Part shown: in pieces, positions 26,810-39,592 of the stretch
How positions within the stretch are numbered: the first letter of the stretch is position 1
Layout of the letters: each line of letters opens with the position of its first letter
Origin: Dicyema japonicum
Taxonomy: Eukaryota; Animalia; Dicyemida
Length of the DNA: 64,000 bases
Assembly (NCBI GenBank): GCA_011109175.1
Contig: RDEW01000001.1
Span: forward strand, 1,987,485-2,051,484
Direction of reading: 5' to 3'
Position numbers and translations under genes: made by a program
The notes under the pieces: generated by a model
Seen by the model: only the letters and a program-made list of their open reading frames with translations
What the model was told of the DNA's origin: nothing
The model's database searches: none

Positions 26810-28500
26810 ATTCCGAAACGTCTGAAGACTCATATTTTAGAATGTAATAAGCTGAATTGAATCCATTTTCGATTTAGACCACTATATAGGTCAACTTATA
26901 AATAGATTCGCTTTATTGCTTATTTAGTGTATAGAACCAATGTATGAACTCACATGTTATAGAAACACTTTATTGCCTCTAGTTGATAGAATCATATATA
27001 AGAATACAAATATAATGTAATCATTTTATGAATATCATAGTGAAAAAAGTTTCGATATTTTAGAATGTTATATCCTGAATTGATTCCATTTTCGATTTAG
27101 ACCACAGTATTAGCACTTTGGGTCTTAACGATATATAACAATATGAATTTTCTATGTGATAAAAGTTTCGATATTTTAGAATGTTATAATCTGAATTGAT
27201 TCCATTTTCGATTTAGACCACTATTTAGGTCAACTTATAAATAGATTCGCTTTATTGCTTATTTAGTGTATAGAACCAATGTATGAACTCACATGTTTTA
27301 GAAACACTTTATTGCTTATAAAGTTGATAGAAACATATATAGGAATATAAATATAATGTAATCNCTGAATTGAATCCATTTTCGATTAAGACCACAGTAT
27401 TAGCACTTTGGGTCTTAACGATATATAACAATATGAATTTTCCTTGTGATAAAAGTTTCGATATTTTAGAATGTTATAAGCTGAATTGATTCCATTTTCG
27501 ATTTAGACCACTTTATAGGTCAACTTAGTAATAGATTCGCTTTATTGCTTATTTAGTGTATAGAACCAATGTATGAACTCACATGTTATAGAAACACTTT
27601 ATTGCTTATAGTTGATAGAATCATATATAAGAATACAAATATAATGTAATCTTTTTTTGAATTTCAAAGTAAAAAAAGTTTCGATATTTTAGAATGTTAT
27701 ATTCTGAATTGATTCCATTTTCGATTTAGACCACAGTATTAGCACTTTGGCGTAATTTGACTAATTCGAAAACTGCCTTTGATAATGATACTACATCTTC
27801 ATTCAATTCCAGAACCTCAAATGTGCCAATTTGTGGTTAAATAACCCAAATGTTAACCAATTCACGAAAATAGTTTAATATCGTTGATACTTAATAAGTC
27901 GATTTTTATAAGCTCATGGTTTTTAATTATTTATGTATTTTTAGAGATTAACTTATGTAATTTATCAATAATTTTTTTATTCGACAGGTTTTCTCGAAAG
28001 TATCCTATAACTTTCTTCTTTATTCGTTCCTTAATCTTAAATGTACTCAGTTATATTATTATACCACTTTGACATCTTCATTCAATTCCACAATCTCAAA
28101 TATGCCAATTTGTGGTTAAATAACCCAAATGTAAACCAATTCACATAAATAGTTTAATAACGTTGATATTTCATATTCGATTTTTATAAGATCATGTTTT
28201 TTTTTAAATATTTACGTATTTTTAGAGATAAACTTTAATAATATATCTATAATTTTTTTATTCGACATGTATTCTTGAAAGTATCTTATAACTTTCTTCT
28301 TGATTCATTCCTTAATCTCAAATGTACTCAGTTATATTCTTATAGCACTATTGACATCTTCAGTCAATTCCAAATCTCAAATGTTCCAATTTGTTGTTAA
28401 ATAACCCAAATGTAAACCAATTCACAAAAATAGTTGAATAACGTTGATACTCATAAGTCGATCTTTATAAACTCATGGTGTTTAATTATTTATGTATGAT
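26810..28500. repeat. Complex AT-rich tandem arrays (a ~116/~240-bp alternating array, then a ~280-bp array)
   Basis: Head AAAAGTTTCGATATTTTAGAATGTTATA..CTGAATTGATTCCATTTTCGATTTAGACCAC at ~27045, 27161, 27451 and 27694, with a variant at ~26810. Second unit CATCTTCA.TCAATTCCA...CAAAT.TGCCAATTTG at ~27794, 28072 and 28355. Confidence 0.88.
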
Positions 28501-28502
28501 AG

Positions 28503-29445
28503 CAGATGACAGCTGTCAAAGTAACGTCTGTCGCTGGCGACAATTTAGTAAAAAATCACAATGATATTAACAGATCAGTTGATTTCAGTCTCCCTGACAT
28601 CGTCCTTTACATTTCCGATATTTCCCTCGGGAATTGACGCATCTATTATGGTATCAACTAATACAGATATGAGATGTCGCAAGGTTTTTATGAACGAAAG
28701 TCTATTTAATCAAATTAAAAGACTTTACAAAGTTAAAACAAAAGAAGAGAATTGACGCATCTATTATGGTATCAACTAATACAGATATGAGATGTCGCAA
28801 GGTTTTTATGAACGAAAGTCTATTTAATCAAATTAAAAGACTTTACAAAGTTAAAACAAAAGAAGAGTTGATTGAGATCACTTCGATCAGTAAAAAAAGT
28901 TTGAACAGGTATAAAAAAGATCGAAAGCTGTGAACTCGAGGATCCTACTTTCGATGATCTTTACAATACAGTAGGCCGAAAAAAGAAAGATAAAGAAGTG
29001 TAACTGTTTTGAGTGTTCTCGAAACCGAGAATTTGTCCNAAAAAGAGTTTGTACAGGTGTATACAAAAGATCGAAAGCTGTGAACTCGAGGATCCTACTT
29101 TCGGTGATCTTTACAAAACAGTAGGCCGAAAAAAGAAAGATAAAGAAATGCTGAATGTCGAAATGAGATCTATTTTTGGAAATGACAACTCGATGACACA
29201 AGTTGGTCTTCAAGAAAAACTTTCAGTGAATCTTTCTAAGTCTCAAATTTCAAGAGATTTAAAGGAGGCCTGCATCACAAGAAAAAGACTCAAGAAAAGG
29301 TCCGAAGTTAGATTGAGTACAGAAAATTTGGCAGAAAGGAGAGTATTTCCAATAAGAATGTTAGGAGAATTGCCAACAAATATCGGATTTGTTATGAGTG
29401 GTCTCGAATCCGAGAATTTGTCCTCATATTACAACAGTTTTTAGG
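28503..29445 (+). mobile_element. Fragment of an IS630/Tc1-like transposase (HTH region)
   Basis: Frameshifted MRCRKVFMNESLFNQIKRLYK...TVGRKKKD...MTQVGLQEKLSVNLSKSQISRDLKEACITRKRLKKR, i.e. a winged-HTH followed by ITRKRL as in IS630-like transposases. Preceded by TA. DDE domain absent. Confidence 0.6.
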
Positions 29446-30130
29446 AAAGGGTAAATGGAATTAATAACAGATTAATTGAATAAAATACTTTTTTCCTAAA
29501 TTATTTATTAGTATAATATATATAACTTGGACATCATTTATGGGATTGAGTGTAACCTAAGACTACTCCCAGATCTGATAATGAGTGTTTTCTCTAATAT
29601 TAGGCTCAACGATGAGTTAGAAAAAAAACAAAAACTTTTTGATCTCATCGCAATAGTAGATTGGCCATGTTGTATTTTTACAGTCAAAAAATCGAATTTT
29701 AATTTTACTTGGAGGTACAGAAATCAAAATAGATTCTAGAATTTAGAGCATGAAAAGTGAACAAAAATCCAGATTATTAAAATAAAAATAACAAGACACA
29801 GAAAATTGACTTTTTTACTGAATTTACTAAATCCTTCAATATTTTTGACATTGTTTCTGGATCGTCAATTGATCACGTTACGTCTGAAGAAATTCCACTT
29901 CTTGCGTCGAGGTTAAGAGTACAGAAACGTATTCCCTTGAGGGTCCCAAAATTCGTGATAGTAGTGGCAGGTGAGGCTTTTGCCCCGATATTGACAGGAC
30001 TGCCTCTTCTTCGTTCCGAGACCATGGATTGGATTTCCTTATTTCTCTTTCCCTTAATTGCATTTGGATTGGACTGTAATCGTCGAGGAGTTTCAAAGCC
30101 TTAGGAAATCTATTCAGTCATTTGAGGATN

Positions 30131-30990
30131 AAAGTTTCGATATTTTAGAATGTTATATTCTGAATTGAATCATTTTCGATTTAGACCACAGTATTAGCAC
30201 TTTGGGTCTTAACGATATATAACAATATTAATTTTCTATTTAATTTTGACATAACATTGACACAAATTTGACCTAAAAAACTTTTGACACAAAATTACGT
30301 AATCTTTTTATGAATCTCAATATGCATATGTACTCAGTTATATTCTTATAGCACTATTGACATCCTCAGTCAATTCCAAAATCTCAAAGATGCCAATTTG
30401 TGGTTAAATTACCCTAATGTAAACCAATTCACATAAATAGTTTAATAACGTTGATACTTCATATTCGATCTTTATAAGATCATGTTTTTTAAATATTTAG
30501 GTATTTTTAGAGATAAACTTTAATAATATATCTATAATTTTTTTACTTGACAGGTATTCTCAAAAGTGTCCTATAACTTTCTTACTTATTTATTCGATCC
30601 TTAATCTCAAATGTACTACAGTTGTATCCTTATAGCACTATTGAATACCATTTTATGATTTATGTCAAATACGTCAGAATTTCATTAACTGATCCTGAAA
30701 GGAAATGTTCTAAATTTATTTAAGTAACTGGCGTAATTTGACTAATTCGAAAACTGCCTTTGATAATGATACTACATCTTCATTCAATTCCAGAACCTCA
30801 AATGTGCCAATTTGTGCTGAAATAACCCAAATGTTAACCAATTCACGAAAATAGTTTAATATTGTTGATACTTAATAAGTCGATTTTTATAAGCTCATGG
30901 TTTTTAATTATTTATGTATTTTTAGAGATTAATTTATGTAATTTATCTATAATTTTTTTACTTAGATTAACTTAAGTAATTTATCTATAA
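30131..30990. repeat. Second block of the arrays seen at 26810-28500
   Basis: Same head at 30131, ~280-bp units at ~30359 and 30775, and TGGCGTAATTTGACTAATTCGAAAACTGCC shared with 27748. Confidence 0.85.
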
Positions 30991-31299
30991 TTTTTTTGCC
31001 ATCCTGAGAGGGAATAGCCACGCAGTCAAGGCAGCCGCTATATAACCGTTCACTCTCTTTTCTTTCCTTAATAAAATTCCAGTTACTTTAACCAACAATA
31101 AAAAAGTTAATATTTAATAATCAACAATTTTTCTCGCTTGTCTGTTAGCCAGCTTTAAGGCAAGTTTAATTCGGGTTGATGAAACAACTCTGAGAGCGCC
31201 TTGTCCAATTGAACCCTCTTCCCATTTGGCATCTCCGGGCTCTGCCTCCTATACTCCAGTGTCAGGCTCTCTAGGGTCCACTTTAATAATTTGGACTGT

Positions 31300-33420
31300 A
31301 GATAAGCATAGAGCTTCCTATCTACCCCTAACTGTTTCAGATAAACCTTTTAGTATTTTGTTGCAATTCCTTCCCACGTCATTACTATTGGAATAACGAG
31401 GACCTTGCAACCAAGCATCTGCCCCATCTCGTTCGCAACAAATCATATTTCCATTTTTTCTCAATCTCCACAGTCTGCAAACGGTCTTGAGACCTAATGC
31501 CAACCTCAATTATAAGGACTTGTCCAGACTCCTTATCGTGTAACACAATGTCCGGTTTATCATGTACCACAATGTTGATGCAACTTTGTTTTATGTGAGT
31601 CACTCGTTCCATATTAAATTTCAAACATTTCGGGGACATTTTCCCCCAGTCTCTAATGGCCTGTAGCTATAAGGTCTTGTTTAGCTTTTGTGAATAAGAA
31701 ATTGGCTATATCTTCATAATGGTCACTGAGTTTATTCTATAAATTTACAATACTAGGACATTTGGCCGACAGACATTTAGCCGACAATTCAATTTAGCAT
31801 AAATGATCAAGCAATACACTATGTATTTTAATAACGGTAAAAAATAGAATTTACACAAAACCACTCGTGGAAAACTTATGCATGATGGCTATGTGTACAT
31901 TATGGATAGACAGAGAGACAATGTCATAAATTAGAGATGTGAGCTGAAAGAAAAATGCAAAGGCAGAGAAAGAACTGTTAACGAAGAACTTAATGGAACT
32001 ATGACACCACACGAACATCCACCAAATGCCAAAACGTTTATGCGCTGAAAAACCGTCAATACGATAAAGAAGAGAGCGAGAGCTTCTGAAGAAACTACAT
32101 CCACAGTTATCCAAAATTGTTTAAGCACATACTTTATTGATGCTGCTAGTGCGCTACCCAAAAAAGAAACCTTTGCACATACTGTTCGACGACAGCGTAC
32201 AGATCAAATACAAGACGGTATTGTTCTAACTGATGAACTTAAATTTTTCCAAATGCAAATTTGTATGGCTGCTACTTTCACTTTGGGCAGTGTTTATGGC
32301 GAAAAATACAAAATCTAGGACTGCAGGCATGGTATAATGACCCAGCAAATAAAGACTCAATTAAAAGTATTCAAGAACTGGCATTTGTTCCTGTACCTCA
32401 AGTCATTAAGAGTTTCCGAGCGCTCCTTGAAACTATTGATGACGAGACTGATGAATGACCTATTTTGATACAACATGGATCGGAGCCTTGCTACGTGGAA
32501 GGAGAAGAAGACCATTGTTTAGCTTGGAAATTTGGATTGTACACGACAGACAGGTAGAAGGCCTCCCAAGAACTACGAATTTACTTGAAGGATGGCACAG
32601 ATCTTTTTCACAAAAAGTGTCTATAAAACATTTATCCGTTTGTCGGCTTGTTGGAAAAATACAAAAAGGACAGTAAGAGTGGGAGCTCACAGTAGAACAA
32701 GTGATGGCCGGAGCGTTGGATATATGAAGATCAAGAAGTACCAGGATGTGAACAAAAGGATAAACAGTATTATTGAAAAATATGATGAATACACTACAGT
32801 AGGATTTTTGAGTGCGCTTTCTCATAACCTTTAAGTGAATCTTAACTGTTTTACTTACAGAACAATGAGTATTGATGTAACTTTTTAACACATTTTATTT
32901 GATGTTGTTATCTTGAATTTTATCTCTGAATTTTAAAACAATGTGCTAATAAAAAGTATGGCATATTTCTTAGTTATTTGTGCTAAATTTCCTATAGGCC
33001 AAATGTCTGTCGGCCTAATGTCTTGTCGGCTAAATGTTTAATCGGCCAAATGTCTGGACACTAAATTTACATTGACCTATGAATATTCATTGATCACCAT
33101 CAATTTAGCATGAACTTAATATTGATTGCATGAGTAATAGGGATGTCAAATGAGATGGCCTAAGCACTTGATTGGGAGCTAACAAGATAAGAAGTAAGGA
33201 AGATAGCATAAACGGCATTGTGTCTTTGTTGAGAATTCAATAAGGCCAAAGATGTCCTAGAGATTTCCCTGTAGGGAATCAAAAAAGTAATAAAAACAAA
33301 AACTCCAATTGTTAAAAAGCCAAGAGGTTAAAGTAAATTAAGATATTATGGTGCACACAAAACATCTATAATTTCCTCATTTGAGACATCCGTCACAAAC
33401 TCATAGTCGTTCTGTTGTTC
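31300..33420 (-). mobile_element. Decayed R4/Dong-like (RLE) non-LTR fragment interrupted by a MULE
   Basis: HDKPDIVLHDK...IIEVGI.SQDRLQTVEIEKKWKYDLL (31385-31639) is a restriction-like endonuclease tail. The sequence appears to resume beyond the MULE TSD at 33072. Confidence 0.7.
31750..33061 (+). mobile_element. Mutator-like (MULE) element with TIRs and 10-bp TSD; FLYWCH-type transposase internally deleted
   Basis: TSD TAAATTTACA at 31740-31749 and 33062-33071. TIRs are built of GACATTT.GCCGA units. Reads TRGKLMHDGYVY...RCELKEKCKGR...HEHPP (FLYWCH), then GQCLWRKIQNLGL, LAFVPV, YFDTTWIG and LPRTTNLLEGWHRSF. The central DDE portion is missing. Confidence 0.92.
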
Positions 33421-33759
33421 ATATCCCGCGTTAGAAAGTTCCTTACAATATATTTCATTCCATGGATGACATCATCTAAGTATCCACTAAGGATTACCTC
33501 ATTATCCTAAAGACATCAAAAACCACACATCACCGGAATCCGATCACAGACAACTTGAACAAGATTCAAACACGACCATCCATTTTCTGGTTGGCAAATT
33601 TTCATTTTAAGCTTATTGTCGTTATGGAATTTTCCAACAATGGATGGAATATTTCAAATTATCGTATAGAATAAACCAGAGGTTCTCAAGTGGCCCAGGC
33701 TTCCAAACTTTAAAATAAATTTTATATAAAATCAACTGACGGCGAAGATTGCTGCCAGA

Positions 33760-34980
33760 ATAGTGAGCAAGACTCTAAGTCCCCAACTGAGTCTTACTCA
33801 ACTTAAGGTTGGAATTCCTCATGGATGAGAGGCAGTAATCCACTCAATCAGGAACTTTGCTACCAGTCCGCCAGACACTACGAATGCTATTATAGTCAAA
33901 CTGGACATCTGCAATGCTTTCAATAGCATTCGCAGAGATAGAATCATAGAAGCTAGCATCTTCAGGATCCCGGAAATCAGCAGGATGGTGAAACTTACAT
34001 ATGGCTCCCCATGTACGCTGATATTCGGCCAACACAACTTCGAATCCAAGACTGGATTCAACAAAGTGTTATCCTGCTCTTCGCCTTGGGTATCGACTGT
34101 GCAGCATCGACGATGCGAACTCCACTGAACTTACGGTACCTGGACGACGCGACCGTCGGAGGTAATTGGGAACTTGTGGTGGCAAAAGTCGAGTCTGCCG
34201 TCTCTGCACTTGCGGCACTTGGGTTGGAACCGAACCCGTATAAATGTGAAATTATAAACGTTGCTTGCGGAAAAGAAGACTTCTGCCGTGCAGTGGATAC
34301 TATTTCTACTTATCTCCGCGTATATCTCGGTCACCCAACTCGAAAATGCAAATTTTCTGGCTCTTCTCTATATTGTAATAATGTGTCAGCTCTCTAGGAG
34401 GGAAAAAATAATTTCACATCAAATCTACAAACCCTGGACTTCCACATGTCTTTATTTTTCCTCAGGAATTTCCACCTCATGCCACGACTCCTTTTTTCTA
34501 CGGACCGCCCCATGTTTCACGGACATGAACTTTTTGAGAGCCATCGACGAGAAGCTGAGGACTGCTGTTGAAGAAACGCTCAACATTTCTTTTGATACAA
34601 CTGGCTGGATCCAATGCAAACTACCTCTTCGCTACGGCGGAATCGGAATACGCTCACTACTAGAACTTGTCCTCCCGGCCCTTCTTTCTTCGACATGCTT
34701 CCAGTGTTCTCACACGCCAAATTCTACGATACATTAACGGATCGGACGTTTAACCAGTGGTATGCATGGCTCGGGAAGTCTAGACGCGACTGGGTGTTGG
34801 ATTCCCGAAGAACGCGAATAAACAACGAGAATGGGACAAGCTTTTATGATCAAAGATCATAGAAGAGATAAAACCTGTACTTGATCAGCATCTTCTGGCT
34901 TTTGCATCGACGAACGTGAGTGGAGCCTGGCTCAGAACATTACCATGCACCTCACTTGGGACACTATTAGATGACGACGC
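33760..34980 (+). mobile_element. Decayed CRE/SLACS-like (RLE) non-LTR RT region
   Basis: KLDICNAFNSIRRD, YLDDATVG, LPLRYGGIGIRS and SGAWL...LGTLLDD, all typical of CRE-clade elements; frameshifted. Confidence 0.8.
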
Positions 34981-35099
34981 GACGATTGCCGCATTCCTGT
35001 TTATTTATTTAACCCCGAAACAACCAAGAAAAATAGGTCAAAACTAACTAATTAGATGATCCCAGCCTCCAAACATTTTGAACTCTCTTCATCTCGTTT

Positions 35100-35720
35100 T
35101 TCTGATGACCAACCGCATTTCGGAATCACCTTCTCTTCCTTCTGCAAAGGAATTCAATCGGCGTGCACTTTTTTTTATAACCAACCGAAATTCCTCTGCA
35201 TGGGCAACCTTTCCTTGAGTGGGTTTCCCAGTTCCTTACAGAAACGTAGGAAACCCTGGTCATTCTTCAACGTCGCCTCCTCTGAAAGCAGATTGGGGAC
35301 GGATGTGGTGTCTGATTGTATGTGCCCCATGATCTTCCGCCTGAGAGAATTCACACGCTCCACCCTCGTAGAAGAACAGACATATTTAATCATCGGCGCA
35401 ATAACTTGGTGATATACTTTGCTGATACAAGCAGTAGGAGGGAAGGGGCTCTTCTTTACGATGGCTTTTAAGACGTTCCATTTTTGAAGACCCTTGATTA
35501 GCACCTCCTCCGTGTGACTGGCAAACGTCAACAGAGAGTCGTTGGTGTATAAGGGATGGGAATGTTTCAGAGGAATATCTCAAGTCCACCTTTAAATCTT
35601 CTGTCTGTAGTAAATAGAGACTTGGATGCAGACATAGACAGCAAATTCATGGATAGCCAGTCACACCTGGTTGAGGTTGACTAAACCACCGCCACAGCCC
35701 TGGAGGGAGATTTGTTTCTT
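35100..35720 (-). mobile_element. Non-LTR RT C-terminal fragment (RLE-type, clade uncertain)
   Basis: KVYHQVIAPMIKY..., preceded by a GCGGGL-like motif; degenerate. Confidence 0.45.
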
Positions 35721-35879
35721 GCAGCGATAATCAAGTCGTCCGCATAAGATAAAAACATGGTTTCCTGATCATTGATAGTAGGTAAATCTTGTAGAAATAA
35801 GTTAAATAAGAGAGGAGACAGAGGGGGCCTTACGGGACCCCATTGGGAAGTAATCTTGATTTTGAAGTGGTTTTGTCAA

Positions 35880-37200
35880 TCCAGACCCTACGCGTCGTCC
35901 AGGTAATAAATTTTTCAGCTATAGTTCGATGTTCGGATGTAAGTTGGAATTAGAAATCTTATGCGTTAGGAGTGTCCTCGAACAGAATCAAAGACCTTCT
36001 GTATATCGATGGATAATAAGGCCGTCCGTAAGTGTGTTCTCATGTTGAAGTCGTCAGTAATAAAATGGGAGATAGAACCCAGATGAGTCGTTGTAGAACG
36101 GTCTGCCCTAAAACCATGTTGAAATTCTGGTAGATGTAAAACAGGAGAAATACGCACATGGGTGGTATGATGCCCATGGACAGCCTGTTTTTTACGTGTT
36201 TCCATGGTAACAAGATATCAATTGATAGAATTAATAAAGAATTTATTTAAAATAATAAAAACAATTATTTTTTAAGTCGTGACATTTGACCGATCTTCAT
36301 TCACAGAAAATTCAACCTTTACATAAATTTGAAAAATAACTTCTGCGCATTTTCCTATCTGTAGTACAACACAATATCCCTAAGCGCCTTTTATAACACG
36401 ATGGATAGCTCTTACATCACTAGCCATTCCAGAGGAGGGCTCCTGCTTTCTCCCTTGTAGTACCTTCTCCGTAGCACTTTGATACAGGGGCATCTTGAAT
36501 GGATTGCCCTGTGTCCCTCCTCGCCACAGTTCACGCAGCACTTGAGACCTGACTTTTGATTGGCAGGCCTTCCTCGAATTTGGACCCCCGCAATTCAGAT
36601 CCTCTCTGCCTCTGCTCCCCTTTATGGTCCGGAGTATTCTCTTTTGCTTGTGGAGTCCTTCATCTCTGGTTACCGTGGAAACACGTAAGAAAACAGGTTG
36701 CCATAGGCTTCAGGTTGCCCATGTGACATAATATAAGCTTTTCCAGCACTTTTGATAAAACACAGGTTATTGAGACGTAAGAAGGAACGTCTTTTGGTTT
36801 TCTAGACTTAGAATTGGCGTAATCAGAGAGTTATTCCATATATTAGGTAGCGTTTGATAGTTGATAGAGTCGTTGTACAGTCTTGATAGTATACCTGTGC
36901 CAGAGGTCCAAGGTGTTTGAGGTGAATAGTCCAAATACCGTCGGGACTACAAGCAAGAGTGGGACGTAGCAATTTAATAGCCTTGTCAACATCATGGAGG
37001 GTGAAGAAATTGGAATACGGTTCTTGTTGCGGCCAGTGCCGTTCAACAAATGTAGAACAAGAAAAATCTTTATTGCTGATCGATAAGTAGTACTTCATAA
37101 TCTTGTTTGCGAGTTTGCGTGCAGGTTCCGAAGCGTTGCGGGTAACCGCCTCAGTTCTGCGGTCCTCCTCATTGATGAAGCTATTGATCCTTTTTAGCGT
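35880..37200 (-). mobile_element. Scrambled Jockey/I-like LINE pieces (RT fragments and a gag-like zinc-knuckle ORF1 fragment)
   Basis: QHGFRADRSTTTHL...SIDIQKVFDSV (35966-36120). CCHC-like NCGGPNSRKAC...CVNCGEEGHRAIHSRCP (36400-36640). PDGIWTIHLKHL (36823-37098). Confidence 0.72.
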
Positions 37201-37949
37201 TTTCCAAAAAGTGGCACAAGAGCTTTTGTGACATAGTCATCTATTGTGTCATTCTAAGAGGTGGAGGAATTTAGATCGGCATTAAAAAGTGCACTCCGAT
37301 AGAATTCCTCTGCAGAAATAAAAAAAGACACTTCAGAAACGCTGTTAGTTCACTGGCGGAGCATTCGAAGAGGATTCGAGAGATGGAGGCTGGGATCACT
37401 TAATTTAGCAAGTTAATTCTTTCTTTCTTGGTGTCTAGGGTTTAAAAAACATGGTTCCATTGATATTAACAACTCATGTTTCTCAAATTCACTATGGGAG
37501 GACGAAGTCTCTATAACTCTCCCAGATTCTAGTCCTCTCTAGCAGATAACATAAATTGGGTGACATTTCTCTCCATCAAACAAATATTTGAGCAACCTCG
37601 TTAATTCTGATTGTCCTTTGGGGGAAACAAACCACTATGCGATAAATTTATGAAATAATCACAACTCAGATGACAAATCTGGGTCTCAACCGGATTTCTG
37701 ACGTCCAAGAGAACGTGTAAAACTACAAATGAACTTTGCAAGTCTATCACTGGCACGTGTTACCATTGGAAGGCCAATATTTAATCAGAAAACAAAGTTT
37801 GCCCCGGAAGATTAAATAAAGAGACCGAATCAAGTCCATGAGACCAATCGTGTCTTAAAGTCACTCGTAGGTAAAAACCTAACCAGAAGATGACAGATGA
37901 GACTAAGGACTCTAAAATGAAGGATAGTTTTCAAGAAATCAATTATTGT

Positions 37950-39550
37950 TTCTGAAGATATTTCAAGAAATCAATTATTGTTGGTTGAGTGATTTTGTAG
38001 AATGGAGAAGTTGATAATAACATGGTTTTCTTGAGTCATTTGTCAGTCAGAATGGAGTGTGTGGCCGTGTTGAAACTTTAGTGAAACAGTTGGGACTCGA
38101 TTATGCGTTTCATTCTCCTTAATATTTACTTCTTTATTTCATTGTAATTTGTTGCCTTATTTTTGTCTATGAAGTTAAGAATATTCAAGAATTAAGTTTT
38201 TTATAATTTGGACGAGATTTAGCTTAATCTGGGGCAACAATTGTGACTACGCTGAAAAATCTATTTGCTACACTGTTTTTACATAAAGCCACTTTTTGAG
38301 CATTGTATTGAGATTGTTTAGAAGATCGCTTTATAATTGGAAGAACACCTTGTGTGGTGGCTGGTGGATCCTGCATCTAAATTTAAAGACCACTTTTTTG
38401 GATAATGAAATATCAAGACAGTGAAGAATACTTGTCAAAGGCAGTGAATCTAACAAAGACCTTCTCCTCCAGTTTAATGAATCGACGAATATAACTTCAA
38501 TTTATCATTTGGCTTTTATTTTAAAGATTTTTTGGTCTTTAACTTTCTGGATGATGTATCATTTGGCTCCTTTTTTGGTTACGTGATCTTGAAATTTTCG
38601 ATATAATCCGGTTGGCTCTCTGCAATGACGGAGGATTTGTGATCCCACTTAAAGAATAAAAAAATGCTGGTTTAAATAATACAAATAATTAATATTAGTG
38701 GCTTACATAGAATAAATCACGGAATATACTCGAAGAACGTGGATCTTGGAACTTTATCACACCTTTTCCTCTTGTATGATTGCTTTCTATAGAAGTGCTC
38801 TGGCAAAAGTTATTGAATTATTAAATGCTATTTTCAAATTTTCGATTAAAAATACTGGAATCCTTCAAATTTTTCATTTTTTCTGTTAAAAACAGTCACC
38901 AGTTCTAATCTTAACTGCCAGGAACAACAGCATATGAGAACACATGTGTTTTACGGCGAAGGCGAGGAGGTCACTGATAAGATCAAGATTCTTTAATGGT
39001 CATTTCCTTCTTCCAATAATTAGTGGTGATTTTTGCTTTTTAAATAAATGAGAGAAATGTTCACGTCGATCATAGGAAGTACCTTTTGTTCGAATATTAC
39101 TTTGAAATGACCCCCGCCAATTCACATTTGTTAGATGACTAACTTGAAAATCCAAGTTCCAGTCGTCCCCATGAAACTTTTTTTTAGAATAACGATTTTA
39201 ACGTGTGATGTGTTTATTTCGACAGAGATTTCAGATGGAGGGGAGATTGGAAGTTTAAGAGTTCCCGGGAGAGATACCTGAGCTAAAAAATCAAAAAATT
39301 GACAAGGACGCATTGAAGATTAGATAGCTGTTACTAATAGATGACGTTCTTCCCTCCTACAACTTCATTTCCCCTATCAGCGGCAACTTACCTGATGACC
39401 CTAACAAATTCATTTCTGATGACCTAAAATGTAAACACAGTGATTCTGACATTCTTGGGTGACATAATCCTTGATCTAGAGACCAATGTTTCCAGAAAGT
39501 CTTCATCTGTTAGACCCCTTCGATCACCTGAACAGATAGTTAGAGTCAAA
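37950..39550. mobile_element. Highly decayed Gypsy-like pol remnants
   Basis: SQNGVCGRVETLVKQL (~38040, +) resembles the rve SNG..ER motif. Other pieces on the - strand are barely recognisable. Confidence 0.35.
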
Positions 39551-39592
39551 CTCATCGTCCACAAGCGCGGAGAAATCCCGCATGCAATATTA

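Noticed and set aside
19750-30135. Near-identical tandem duplications flanking N bases (20194, 21479, 22990, 23484, 24655-24656, 27364, 29039; also Ns at 20703 and 30130)
   Set aside because: Most of these Ns separate two copies of the same 100-400 bp differing by a few substitutions. This is the pattern of unmerged overlapping contig ends or haplotypes in scaffolding, so it is probably not biological. The repeated ORF at 23282-23668 is such an artefact.
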